Shown here one piece after another: positions 23,340 through 37,439 of a stretch of 64,000 bases of DNA; position 1 is the first letter of the stretch, and every line of letters begins with the position of its first letter. Both the position numbers and the translations under genes were made by a program. Under the pieces are notes generated by a model that ran no database searches, was not told the origin of the DNA, and was given only the letters and a program-made list of their open reading frames with translations. Source of the stretch: Eledone cirrhosa (lineage: Eukaryota); the NCBI GenBank assembly GCA_964016885.1, contig OZ024750.1, positions 4,278,001 through 4,342,000 on the forward strand, in the 5' to 3' direction.

Positions 23340-23670
23340 AATTCCCGAGATCCATGGATGAGTTCTCTCCAGCGGTCTCTGTCCCTCATCATCGCTGCCA
23401 TGTCCTGCGTCTCCAAGAGACCAGTGTCTGTCCTTAGGGCATCAACATATGTCAACCTCGGTCTTCATCTTCCAGTGTGTCCATGTAGGGGCTCCCACAG
23501 AAGCACTGAGTGTAATGTCAACTCTGGATGTCGGTGAGCATGTCCAGCTAACCTCAGTCTCTGTGCTACTTTCGAGCTGACTTTTGGGAGGCTCCCATAC
23601 ATAAGGATTTAAAAACTGTCCGCTTCTCATTTGAAGTTGACTAAAAGCTATAGGCTTGAGCACTCCCAGT
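23340..23670 (-). mobile_element. LINE (RTE/RTEX-like) ORF2 3' end
   Basis: Minus translation includes RLRLAGHAHRHPELTLHSVLLWEPLHGHTGR*RPRLTYVDALRTDTGL..MMRDRDRWRELI. Confidence 0.75.
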
Positions 23671-23711
23671 TGAGGGAACAAACAAACAATAGTAACAATA
23701 TATGTGCCTTA

Positions 23712-23937
23712 GGTAACGAATTGGCAGAGTTGTTTGAACGTCGGATAGAATGCTTTGCAATATTCGTTCCGGTTCTCTACTCTTTGAGTTCAAATCCCAC
23801 CGAGGTCAACTTTAACTTTCATTCTTTCGAGGTCGATAAAAAAAACGTTCCAGTCTGAGGTCGATTCTTTCTTTCTGTCTCTTTCTCATTTCACTTCCTC
23901 TTTCTCTTACATTTTATCTTTCTTTGGAAGAAATCTG
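23712..23937 (+). mobile_element. SINE family A extended variant
   Basis: A and B boxes, core, pyrimidine tract, TTGGAAGAAATCTG. Confidence 0.75.
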
Positions 23938-23947
23938 GAGAGAAGCT

Positions 23948-24028
23948 GAAATTAACGCATGCAAGACTTCTCAGCTCTAGCATCACTCCTTCATAGTCAG
24001 CCTATGAAGCTTTTAGTAGATCCTCGTA
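23948..24028 (+). mobile_element. MITE family M right end
   Basis: CAGCTCTAGCATCACTCCTTCATAGTCAGCCTATGAA...CCTCGTA. Confidence 0.65.
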
Positions 24029-24802
24029 TATTACAGAAAAATAACTGGTAAAGAAATCCACACAGACATACAACAGGTGTGTCATACACATATTGTTTCA
24101 ATTATATTTTCTCGAAGTGGTTTAGCTCGGTATTTGTATCTGCGTCTTTCGTTAATATACTAATTCTTATTTCTTGTGTTCTACTACTAGAAAATCACTA
24201 ATTCTAATGATTACTAAGTATTACTATAATCATAGTTAACTCAGAAACAATCTAATTAGTTTCTATTCTAATTCAATCACTGAACTCATCTTAAGACAGT
24301 TGTAATGTCATTTTAGTATAAAGCAAGTCTCAAAGTTGAGGAAAACCAAATGAGAGAATGAGAGAGAAAAAACCCAAACAAAAGCTAACGAAAGAAAATA
24401 GAACTAAATATGTTAAATGTTATCAGACTTGATTTCAATAGTGTAAAGAAGTATAAGAGACAGAGGAACCTCAACTGTGTAATAACTGAATTACAGATTT
24501 GACTTCAATATGGCGGTTTCTTTTTTGTCTTCTCGCTTCTCTTTATATTTTGTTGGCAATGTTTTATTTTTATTTTACATTAAAAGACATGACACTCTTT
24601 TTGCTAGACATTCTTCTACTAATTGATTGCACGTGTGGATTCATCTCTCTCTATCTCTCTCTCTTTCACACACACACACACACTATCTCTCGCACACACA
24701 CTCTCTATCTCTGTCATACACACTCACACACTCTATCTCTCACACACATACTCTCTCCCTCTCTCACACACACATCTTAGTAAGTAGTGCCTTATGATAA
24801 TC

Positions 24803-24996
24803 ATAATAATTGTTTCTAATTTTGGAACAAGACCAGCAATTATCTCAGTGTATTACTGGTACTTTATTTTATTGACCCCGTAAGGATGAAAGGCAAAGTT
24901 AACGTCGGCGGGATTTGAACTCAGACCGTAAAGGGACGTAACTACGCTGGAAAGCATGGCGTCCGACCCTCTACCAATTCTGCCAATTCACCGCCA
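24803..24996 (-). mobile_element. SINE family A, full length
   Basis: Reverse-complement match from tail to GGCGGTG head. Confidence 0.9.
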
Positions 24997-25107
24997 ATCA
25001 TAATAACGCTTCCTAACTTTTCTCTAATTTTCTTTAAGGATGACGAGGAGGATAAAGTTATTTAAATCGATACAAATACTTGACTTCTACTAATTTTACC
25101 CATCATA

Positions 25108-25219
25108 GTGCCTTTCCAGGAACTATGTTGAGACATAAACATCATTTGGTCATTCCATGAGACCATCTTGGCCAGCCTATTAACTCTTCAGTCTTTGAAC
25201 TTTTCAGCCGATCCTCGTA
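25108..25219 (-). mobile_element. MITE family M fragment
   Basis: CATTTGGTCATTCCATGAG...GAACTTTTCAGCCGATCCTCGTA. Confidence 0.65.
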
Positions 25220-26162
25220 GTATGGAGGTGACGCATGTCATCAGGCTGCAGCTGTCATATCATGCACTTTTCTAAAACATGTGGGAGTCAAATATCAAAA
25301 GGCACAGATTAGAAATGATCTGGAGTTAGTTATGTCTGGATTCAAAATTTTCTGAGAATTCCTAGCCCGACGATATAGAAATGTGAATATATAATCTGGA
25401 TTTCAATGAAGATATTTACGTAATATACTAGTCACTATAACGAGGCGCCAACATGGCGTCGGTTTCACACTCTCGTTAAAGTGTATCTTTTTAATGGCGT
25501 CTTTAGTTTTGTTTTAAATATAAATACTTTCGTACACACACACATATACACACACACATATATATATACACATGCACATATATAGTAATTATATATATCT
25601 GACTTTGTATAGGGGAAGAAAAATGAAAATTATTTGAAAATGTTTCTCAGTGTGAAGTGTCTGGGGCATACCTGATGATTTTAAAATCAGGTATGGGTTA
25701 CCTGACTAGCTATTTCTTAAGTAGCTGAATCGACATACCTGTTTACTAAGGTAGACATATTACAGATATACAACAGTGACCTACATTATATGAAATATTT
25801 TAAAAGGAAAAGCAAACAAACAAGCTAACAAATTCAATGTAATCAATGCTGTTCACAAAGAAACTAACCTATATTTTACAGTCCATATCTGCTTTACAAG
25901 CCGAGTATAGTCTGGCGGTTCAAATGGAAAAAAAAACAAAAAAAACAACAACAACAAAAAAAACAACAAAAACAACAACAAAACAAAGCAACAACAAAAA
26001 ACAAAAGAAAAAAAGTTAAAACAAAATATGGGTTGATTTATGGCGAATAATTTAAAAGGTAAATATATACACGCATATTGCTCCCACACTCAGCTAACAA
26101 AATATACGAGGACCTATATCCGTGTCATTCTCTTCGTTATGAGGCTATTGTTCTAGAGAGAA

Positions 26163-26235
<73 letters not shown>

Positions 26236-26573
26236 AGATATATATATATATAAATATATATATATAGAGAGAGAGATACATCATTATCCTAATTTCGCAT
26301 GCACATACACACACACAAACACACACACATGCATAAATATATACAAGATATGTAGTTTTATCATTGGCTGAAAAGTAATTTGTTTCGGGCTTATTACCTT
26401 TTTTTTTTATATTACCATAGAAGGTTCTTCACTCCTTTAAAACAGTCAACTCTATTTGTAATAAATTTAAACGGGTTTACCTACCTACGAATATCAATGC
26501 TTTATATTCATTGGTGAATTTGGTTAATTCATGAAGGTCTGTCTCTACCTAGATATATGACTTTTAAAAGTTA

Positions 26574-26728
<155 letters not shown>

Positions 26729-26777
26729 TGAATGTGAAAGACCAAAGGTCATTATTGAAAGTCTCTGGATTTCGCAA

Positions 26778-26923
26778 AATATAACTAAGGAGGCCCTGTA
26801 GCAACATAATATATAACTAAGGAGGCCCTGTAGCAACATAATATATATAACTAAGGAGGCCCTGTAGCAACATCATATATATAACTAAGGAGGCCCTGTA
26901 GCAATATAATATATAACTAAGGA
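26778..26923. repeat. about 32-36 bp minisatellite, 4.5 copies
   Basis: ATATAACTAAGGAGGCCCTGTAGCAACATAAT repeated. Confidence 0.9.
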
Positions 26924-27129
26924 CTTATTAAAGTGATTCTTCCTCGTGAGAGGCTAATGTCGTGGAGGTGAGGTCAGTGATATTGTGGGACAGTGAAGAC
27001 GGTAGAGTTTAACTGTAGAAGGAGGGAGAGAGGAAGAGTGAGGGAGAGGGGGAGAGAGGGAGTGATATATATATACTGAGGGAGAGGGAGAGGGAGGGAG
27101 GGATAAATATATATGTTAGAAAGTCGAAC

Positions 27130-27219
<90 letters not shown>

Positions 27220-27304
27220 ATATGTATATGAATATGTGTGTGTGTGTGTAAATTAGGTTATGAAACACACACATGAATACCAAACCCTTATAACTCACAG
27301 ATCA

Positions 27305-27370
<66 letters not shown>

Positions 27371-27635
27371 CAAATTGTAAGCAGGTGTGTCAGTATGTGA
27401 ATGTCTAAACGTGTGTAGTATATCTATTATTATATAACAACTCTTATGGTGTGTTACATTTATAGCTACATTTATCGGAGTAACTCCAAGTAAACAACGG
27501 CCATCTTGAAATTGTTATATCAATATTGTTTGTTATATAAACTCGTCAAATTGTTTCATATCCCAGACAAGAATAGTTTGTTGTGAAAAGTTCGACAATG
27601 GTGTATACAGCATGAAATAAACCTGTATATTGTGA

Positions 27636-27684
27636 AGGCAAATGGCTGAGTGGTTAGAGAATTGGACTCTCAATCGTGAGGTTG
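27636..27684 (+). mobile_element. tRNA-like SINE head, truncated at (TATC)n
   Basis: TGGCTGAGTGGTTAGAGAATTGGACTCTCAATCGTGAGGTTG resembles the head of the 12620 SINE. Confidence 0.5.
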
Positions 27685-27691
27685 TATCTAT

Positions 27692-27742
<51 letters not shown>

Positions 27743-27743
<1 letters not shown>

Positions 27744-28003
27744 TCTCTCTATATCAGCCTGTAGATTGAGGAAAAGGAGGAGGAGAGGAAAGGAGTACAA
27801 GCTCTTCGTACTCCTGGAGATGAGGGTTGCACATTTTTTTCGGGGGTATGTGTTACCCATATAAACTGTCTCCCTCTATTGGGGAAAATCGACTAACTTT
27901 TAAATTCCATCTGTGATAACATTTTACACGTTTTTATTGTATGTAAACTTCCCCCTTTGTATTTGTCCCCTTCTTTTGTGCCCCTGTGGCTAATAAAGAA
28001 ATA
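27743..28003 (+). mobile_element. Tx1/L1-like LINE, 3' UTR-only copy
   Basis: Near-identical to 28391-28652; ends AATAAAGAAATA followed by (TATC)n. Confidence 0.85.
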
Positions 28004-28029
28004 TATCTATCTATCTATCTATCTATCTA

Positions 28030-28652
28030 CACGCATTCATACACTGCCCGGGCGTCACTGACCTGTGGGGCTATGTAGAACGACTATTGTCGCGGGTGGG
28101 ACCAATCCAGTTGACCACCGAGTCCATTGTCATGATCAAACCGCCACCCTCCTTCAAAAACGAAGGAGAGGCGGTTTTCCTTTGTGTGATAGCTATGGCG
28201 AAAGAGGTTGTATGGTGGACAAGGTTGAAAAGGGCTGAGGTCAGACACCTTTCTCTCCGGCCAACAACTGATTCTTTTTTTCAAATACCACTTTGGAAGA
28301 AGAATCAGGATGGAGAGAGAGGTGCTGTACCCCAGCAAGTTTTATGAAAGGTGGGTGAAAGTGGCGAGAATGGCCCGAGTGAATGGGCCTTCTCTCTATA
28401 TCAGCCTATAGGTTGAGGAAAAGGAGGAGGAGAGGAAAGGAGTACAAACTCTTCGTACTCCTGGAGATGAGGGTTGCACATTTTTTTTCGGGGGTATGTG
28501 TTACCCATATAAACTGTCTCCCTCTATTGGGGAAAATCGACTAACTTTTTAAATTCCATTTGTGATAACATTTTACACGTTTTTATTGTATGTAAACTTC
28601 CCCCTTTGTATTTGTCCCCTTCTTTTGTGCCCCTGTGGCTAATAAAGAAATA
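28030..28652 (+). mobile_element. Tx1/L1-like LINE, 5'-truncated ORF2 end plus 3' UTR
   Basis: HAFIHCPGVTDLWGYVERLLSRVG...AKEVVWWTRLK, then a frameshift, ..FYERWVKV; matches the end of the L1/Tx1 zinc knuckle and C-terminal W motifs; AATAAA then (TATC)n. Confidence 0.75.
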
Positions 28653-29142
28653 TATCTATCTATCTATATTTTTTTTAAGTAAAAAGAAATTCAAACAAAC
28701 TGAGGCGAAAGCTGATGTGCTTATTCACGTGACTGCATCAACCAACCAAACTTCACTCATATATGAAAAAAACAACCTGAGCCCCCCCCCCCCTTTGTTT
28801 GGAGAACTTTGTAACGCGAACTGGCGCGAAATTTATTATACTTATTCACCAACCAATCAAATTACTTCTCTAAAAACCTAGCGTTTCGAGCCACTTTTTC
28901 CATATAAAACAAGTAACATTCAAAGACCAACCAGATGTGAGAAAAACCACAGATCCTCCATCTCAACTCTACTTTTGAAAAGCAGAAGAACTGCGAAACC
29001 GGTAAAGGAACCAAATAAATATATATATTAAAAAAAAAATAAGACTCCAGTTGCATTTTCGATTTCATCTTTTTTCCTTATACTTTCACTCGTGTAGGAC
29101 ACCCCGGTTATTTTTCATTTTGTAAAAAAACCTCACTTTCTA

Positions 29143-29286
<144 letters not shown>

Positions 29287-29551
29287 ACACACACACATAT
29301 ATATATATATAGTTGTATGGTTGCATGAAAAATGCGTCACACAGAATCGGAGACGAACTCGTATACTAAGCGTATCTGACGACCTTTCCATTATAGAGTC
29401 GGGTTCGATCTATAATAGGTCTTACCTAGAGCTGATCGATAATGAAACATATGTAATATGTTATTAAATATGTTATGATGCAACACTGAATCCTTGTTCC
29501 TTTTTTTTTAAATTCCAACCCGCCCGCCCCCTTAATCTATCTTATTTCTCA

Positions 29552-29670
29552 TTCTTTCTGATGAAGGACCAGCGTCCGAAACGTTAAAACCTTCTTCCCG
29601 CTATATCAAGCATTAACCTAATATATCCCTTCCATATACTGTACCGATTGTGTTGTAATTTCTGTTTACG

Positions 29671-29675
<5 letters not shown>
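29552..29675 (+). ncRNA. minimal type I hammerhead ribozyme in PLE-terminus family P3
   Basis: TTT-CTGATGA-A-GGAC-CAGC-GTCC-GAAAC-GTT-AAA at 29555-29588: intact core, 4-bp stem II, palindromic loopless stem III (ACGT); downstream AAGCATTAACCTAATA shared with other copies; followed by (CA)n. Confidence 0.7.
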
Positions 29676-29746
<71 letters not shown>

Positions 29747-29949
29747 GCACACACACACACACACACACACATATACATGTAGGCATTGTCGTTTATACTA
29801 TGTTGACAGCTGAGACCGAGGAACAGCTTGCATAATCGGTTTGTTCGCAACCTCTTCGTGTTTGGTTTCTTTATAATAAGAATATGTTGTTTTCCCGTTT
29901 TACCATTGGGAAATTGGGACACGGAATCTTTGCCAGATGATCATGTTCG

Positions 29950-29950
29950 T

Positions 29951-29982
<32 letters not shown>

Positions 29983-30325
29983 GGCGTTGGTGATTGTAGA
30001 GCTGATAGCGATAATAGTAGTGGTGGTAGTAGTGGTAGTGCTGGAAGATAGCTGGTGGTGTTGGTGGTAGTAGTGCTGATGGTCGTGGTAGTAGTGGCAG
30101 AAGTGGTAGTAGTAGTAGTATTAGTAGTAGTAGTGGCAGAAGCGGTAGTAGTAGTCGTATTAGTAGTAGTAGTAGTAATAGTAGTGGTTAGTGGTAGTAG
30201 AAGTAGTAGTAGTAGTAGTGGTAGTAGTGGTAGTGGTGGTAGTAGTAGTAGTAGTGGTAGTAGTAGTAGTAGTGGTGGTGGTGGTAGTAGTAGTAGTAGC
30301 AGTAGTAGTAGTAGTAGTGGTGGTG

Positions 30326-30372
<47 letters not shown>
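29950..30372. repeat. (GTA/GTG)n trinucleotide tract
   Basis: Seen directly. Confidence 0.95.
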
Positions 30373-30373
<1 letters not shown>

Positions 30374-30910
30374 TTGGTATTACTAAAACATCAATTGTTT
30401 ACTGCATATTTTCCAACATGGCTACAATTTCTCTGTAGTCTTGATACATTAAAAATAATCTTGGATTAACTCACGGAAATGTTATACTCAGGATCCTGTA
30501 TCCTTAATATTTTGTTGTTGTTGTTGTTGTTGTTATTGTATAAGGTGGAGGTGGGGGAGGGGATTAATCGTTCGTAATAGTAGTTGTAACTGGTATTCTT
30601 CTTCTTCTTCTTCTTCTTCTTCTTCTTCTTCTTCTTCCACTCTCCTCCACCCCCTCCTCATCCGCCCCCTTTCTCAGAGTCTGACATTATATATTCCATG
30701 CAGTGCTATTGATTGTTTTTGTTGTTGTTTGTTCTTTAAATATAAATTCTTGGGGGAGGAGATGACTTTACAAAACCTCAAAGATCAACGCCGTCCTTTT
30801 CAATGTTCGAGAAAGAAAACTGTTGAATTGACACCGAATACAGACAGAAACATTAAAACATAAAAACCTAACAATGTACGAGGCCGAACTTACGGCTTTT
30901 TAAGCGCTGA

Positions 30911-30946
<36 letters not shown>

Positions 30947-30952
<6 letters not shown>

Positions 30953-31142
30953 AAGGAATTGTGGTAAGGAACCAGATGGACCATAACGCACCAGAGTACT
31001 CAATACTTAGGGTAGTAGAGTGGGAAATAGGAATAAGTATGACCCCGACGGCAGAGCTCAAGCCGTTTCGACGGCTATTTCTATCCAGAAATAGCCGTCG
31101 AAACGGCTTGAGCTCTGCCGTCGGGGTCATACTTTTTCCTAT
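30947..31142 (-). mobile_element. fold-back element family P1 in (TA)n
   Basis: Arms 31027-31082 and 31087-31142 (one mismatch seen), loop ATCC; very close match to the 7104 copy. Confidence 0.75.
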
Positions 31143-31581
31143 ATATATATATATAGGAATCGAACCTACGACATAATGATCGTAAGTCCAATGATAATGT
31201 CGTGTCATACCCACCATATTATAATGATAGTGCGGTGCTAGAAGACACATTATCATAACCACTTATATTATAATGATAATGTAGTTTCAGAAGACATTAT
31301 CATACCCACCTGTACTATAATGATAATGCTGTGTTAGAAGACACATTATCATACTTAATGAAATGAAACCATTTCTGGAGATAAAGTTCAGACTTCCAGA
31401 GAAGCAGCATTTTAAAAGAATGTTTTGTATTCCTCTACACTGAATAATTGATTTTGGTTTTAGCAAATACTGAGTGTATAGGGCCAATTGAGAAGTAGGT
31501 AATTAGCCGAAGTCTAAGGCTTGTCTCAAGTCAGGAGTCTCAAGACAGTAGGTTCGTCAAACCAGTGCTTATCCAGGTTTC

Positions 31582-31620
<39 letters not shown>

Positions 31621-31771
31621 GGCGATGAATTTGTTTTGCAAGGTTTTCGATGTGAAATCGTGTGTTGAAACAAATATTGTTATATTTGGGGAGGGTCATG
31701 TTGTTATAATATTGCCAGAAATAATAATAAAACACAATCACTGTTTGGTTTGAGTTGGTTTTCGCTTCAGT

Positions 31772-31824
<53 letters not shown>

Positions 31825-32742
31825 TGTTGTGTCAAATAATTGCGTTGATTGTTTTTTTTATTAAAATAATAGAAACTATTAACCATGCAATTTGAAGGCA
31901 AAAGAAATAGAGTTAGACATGAAGATTTGGTAAGATGAGGAAACGGCGGTGAAAAGTCTCTCGTGAAAGAATGAGGGCTCGTCCCCACAAAAAAGCGGGA
32001 GGAGAAAGAATGTAATGATTAGAAAAGAATGAAAACAAGCAAAGGGGGAGGGTGAAGAAGAAGAAGAAGAAGAAGAAGAAGAAGAAGAAGAAGAAGAAGA
32101 AGAAGAAAATAGAAGGTTGGAAAGGAATAGAGATAACAAACAGAATATTTATAAGACATTCGCGAAAAAGGGGTTAAAGAGAAAAAGAAGGAACAGCAAT
32201 TAGTGGGGTGGGGGAGAGGTGGGATGGGGAGGGGGACAGAAGAGAGAGCGAGAGAGAGGGAGGGAGAAATAAAAGGAAGAAGGAGGAGAAAGTTGAGAAA
32301 TAAAAAAAAGACCACTAATTCTGATATATTAATCAATTCAAGAAAGCCGCATATGACTCGGATTTCCAAAGTATTATATTACAGGAAACAGAGCTTGGAA
32401 GATTCCGCTGTGATGTGTGTGTGGGTGTGTATGTGTGTGTGTCTCTGTGTGTGTGTCTCTGTGTGACTGTGTGTGTGTAGGAATCCTCGTGTGATGTTTT
32501 TTTTGTACGTTTCTGTGTATTTCGTAACATCAGTCTGATGTGTAATCTGTCATCTATTGACAATATTGTCCCCTTAAAACCGCCATTACTTTCTTCAGTT
32601 GAAAACACATCTGTTGAGGATATGTCTCTGTTGTTTATACAAACTGGTGGCTTTAATACGAAAGAAACAAAACAGTTATCAACAAGAACAGTTGACAAGA
32701 CACAATACTTCGGTTTTCTCTCGCCCGTCAATTACATACGGA

Positions 32743-32775
<33 letters not shown>

Positions 32776-32833
32776 GCACACACACATGTGTTAGTTATTT
32801 CCGAAAAAAAAGCAAAGGAAAAAAGAGCTATTT

Positions 32834-32926
32834 AAAGGTTTCACGACCCTCGACAATATTAACCCCCCCCATCTGATGAACGACCTAGACGTATGTTAAT
32901 ATTGTCTAGGGTCCTGAAACCTTTGG
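32834..32926 (+). ncRNA. hammerhead-like core inside a fold-back
   Basis: CTGATGA at 32873, stem GACCTAGAC/GTCTAGGGTC, GAAAC at 32916; 30-bp inverted arms 32834-32863 and 32895-32924 (28/30). Confidence 0.45.
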
Positions 32927-33013
32927 TAATGGAATAGTTATATGTTATGTTGTTCACTTTCTAACTAAATATATCTATCTATATATATCTGAAAAAAATA
33001 TATATATCTATAT

Positions 33014-33134
33014 AATATAGAAATGGCTTCTACAGGACTAGAACTGTTTCATTCGGGAAAAATCAGGAAATTTATACTCTACTATGTATTGAGTACTTTA
33101 CTTACTGTGGTTACTCCCGATTGAACCCGGGATA

Positions 33135-33135
<1 letters not shown>
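33014..33135. mobile_element. fold-back family P2, collapsed copy
   Basis: 33014-33070 matches 37323-37383 directly; 33070-33135 matches 37254-37320 in reverse complement. Confidence 0.65.
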
Positions 33136-33215
<80 letters not shown>

Positions 33216-33580
33216 GTGTGTGCATATATCACAACTAAATGTGTGTTACGCTAACATTTTAAAGTTGATTCTTTTAGTTATTTCTTCTTCTTCTTCTTCT
33301 TCTTCTTTTCTTCTTCTTCTTCTTCTTCTTCTCCTCCCCCCCCCTTCATGTCGTCCGTACGTTGTAAATATGGTCCTTGAGGCATTGATAAGTACGTTTA
33401 ACTTACATTTATTCATAAATATCTGCGAAGCTTGTGACCAATAAAATATCATCGTCACATTCCACACACATAAACGCAGGCCAGTACATTGTAATTTACC
33501 TGACTCGCGTGACGCTCAGACCAATTGTTTAAGCTGAATTAGTCACACTGACGTCTATTTCACCGCACAGGTAAATACAG

Positions 33581-33686
<106 letters not shown>

Positions 33687-33689
33687 ATA

Positions 33690-33755
<66 letters not shown>

Positions 33756-33820
33756 CATATATATATGTGTATATATATATATATGTGTGTATATATATTA
33801 TCTATCTAACTATCAATCTT

Positions 33821-33898
<78 letters not shown>

Positions 33899-33913
33899 CA
33901 CACAAATATATAT

Positions 33914-34035
<122 letters not shown>

Positions 34036-34289
34036 TCCTATTAACTCTGCAAGTATTAATTATAGGGATATATTGCCTATGATATGCTAAAGCTGAAAGG
34101 GCCCTCTTTTTGAGCCTGGGTATATAACTTTCACTGACAACAACTAGCCGAAGGATATAGAAAGCAGTACGTGCGTGAACGCCCAAACCTTACACTTTCA
34201 CACACACACATACATCTATGTATATATGCACAAGCGTTTTCACACACACACTCACACATGAAACTTGTGCGTTGGTTCACTTACACACA

Positions 34290-34526
34290 GATGTACAGTC
34301 AGGACGGGGTGCTATTTGTCGTGACACCTACATGACCACTTTACAGTGTGGACTGGGTGCTTTTTGTCGTGACCCATACACGACTACTTTACAGGGAAGA
34401 CTGGATGCTCTATCTTGTGACACATACACGACTACTGTACAGTGAGGGCTGGGTGCTTTTTGTTATGACGCCTACACGACCACTATACAGTGAAGGCTGG
34501 GTGTTATTTGTCGAGACGCCTACACA
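34290..34526. repeat. diverged about 48-bp minisatellite, about 5 copies
   Basis: TACAGtgaGGxCTGGGTGCTxTTTGTCGTGACxCCTACACGACxACT recurs. Confidence 0.75.
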
Positions 34527-35261
34527 ATCAAAATTAACCTCTCACTCACTCTCACCAAAACCACAAAACCTCTAACTGTAATGTTTTTGATCTTTCGTTT
34601 ACTTCATCAGTGCTGAATTGGGCTTAACGAAACCCAATTCTCATTAGAGAGTCTCTCATAAAAGCGTATATAAATTCGTTTATTTAGGTATGTATATTTA
34701 TAAATCTATATTTATATATGCATATGCACCCGAATCTTTGATGTAAAATTATCTCCTCTTCGCATTAAACATTCATTTTATGTTCATCCAATATATTCGT
34801 TATATTTTCGCATTGTTGCATCTCATCTGTTTCCGTATTAAGGACTATGAGAATTTACAAAATTAATATATTTATATATGCACAAGTGAGATGGATGTGA
34901 GAATCAGTAGAGCGCTGTACGGAATACTTTATAGTATTTTTTTAATTATATATATTTATGTCTTGAGTTCATATACTAATGGGATTGAAGTTACCTTTCA
35001 CATTTCTTTGGTTAGTGAAATAAATAAAGATAATACCAGTCCATTGTTGGTTTGATTTTGATCTCTCGCCAAATATGGGGCTTTGTGCCAACAGTAGAAA
35101 CCTATATTTATATATGAATATAATGATACAATTTAAATATATGGTAGGTAAATAATAAAGATTCATTAAGTGGATATTACTAAAAGCCAGAAATTATAAT
35201 ATAAATCTTTTGTAATTAATATCGAAAATGCCGACCCTTCAAGCTGTATTATTATTGATCG

Positions 35262-35420
35262 TGGATTGGCAGTATTGGTAGAGCGTCAGACACCATGCTT
35301 TCCAGCATAAAGTTATGTCCCTTTACGGTTGAGCTCAAATCCCACCGAGGTTAAAATAAGGTACCAGTAATATGCTGAGATAATTGCTGGCTTTGTGCCA
35401 AACATTAGAAACTGCTATTA
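35262..35420 (+). mobile_element. SINE family A with internal deletion
   Basis: Head, B box and tail present; part of the core missing. Confidence 0.8.
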
Positions 35421-35447
35421 TTGATATTAAAATATTTAGTTCAAATG

Positions 35448-35968
35448 CAGCTGTATATATATGCTAGCTGTATATATATGCTAGCTGTATATATATATAT
35501 TCTAGCTGTATATATTTGCTAGCTGTATATATATGCTAGCTGTATATATATGCTAGTTGTATATATATGCTAGCTGTATATATTTGCTAGCTGTATATAT
35601 ATATATTCTAGCTGTATATATTTGCTAGCTGTATATATATGCTAGCTGTATATATATGCTAGCTGTATATATATGCTAGCTGTATATATATGCTAGCTGT
35701 ATATATATGCTAGCTGTATATATATTCCAGCTGTATATATATGCTAGCTGTATATATTTGCTAGCTGTATATATATATATTCCAGCTGTATATATTTGCT
35801 AGCTGTATATATATGCTAGCTGTATATATTTGCTAGCTGTATATATATGCTAGCTGTATATATATGCTAGCTGTATATATATGCTAGCTGTATATATATG
35901 CTAGCTGTATATATATGCTAGCTGTATATATATGCTAGCTGTATATATATTCTAGCTGTATATATTTG
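35448..35968. repeat. about 17-bp minisatellite GCTAGCTG(TA)n
   Basis: Roughly 30 copies of GCTAGCTGTATATATAT. Confidence 0.95.
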
Positions 35969-36042
35969 TTGATCATTGTAGAGGTGCCAAACGACCCTTT
36001 AAGAAAACTCTACACTCTTAAAATAACGGAAAGACATATCGT

Positions 36043-36235
36043 ATAATAATTGTTTCTACTTTTGGCACAAGGCCAGCAATTACCCAGTGTATTACTGGTA
36101 CTTTATTTTATCGACCCCGTAAGGATGAAAGGCAAAGTTAACCTCGGCGGGATTTGAAATTAGACCATAAAGGGCCGTAATTCTATGCGTCAAAGCATGG
36201 CGTCCGACCCTCTACCGACACTGCCAATCCACCGC
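36043..36235 (-). mobile_element. SINE family A, full length
   Basis: Reverse-complement family match. Confidence 0.9.
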
Positions 36236-36563
36236 TCATAATAGTGTGAGATGGGGAGAGCGGGAGAGTCGGAGTCCATGACAGTGGGAGTTTGGTTCCT
36301 CTGTGTTCAGACCTGATGTATATAAAGACAGTTCGCTACAAATACTTTAGTAATTTAGTTTACACTTGTTGATTATGGCTAATAAAGACACCGTTAATAA
36401 CCTGTGAAAACATACACTTAAAGTGCTCCTTTTTATTAAGTAGCAAATGTGATTTGAAGAAGATTTAGCTATTGTTTCCAGCCTGTTGATTAACCAAGTA
36501 GAACCTTCCTTATTGACTTGAAAAGTAATATATTGATCTGGTTTGTCCCTGTAGACATTGCAC

Positions 36564-37199
<636 letters not shown>

Positions 37200-37201
37200 A
37201 T

Positions 37202-37250
<49 letters not shown>

Positions 37251-37253
37251 AGT

Positions 37254-37439
37254 TTATCCTGGGTTCAATCGGGGATAACCACAGTAAGTAAGGTACTCAA
37301 TACAAAGCAGAGTATAAATATTTAATATAGAAAGGCTTCTACAGGACTAGAGCTGTTTCATTCGGGAGAAATCATCAGGAAATCATGATGATTTCTCTCG
37401 AATGAAACAGTTCTAGTCCTGTACAAGCCTCTTCTATAT

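Noticed and set aside
28870-28900. Hammerhead on the minus strand (GGCTC-GAAAC-GCTA)
   Set aside because: No upstream CTGANGA box or stem II partner.
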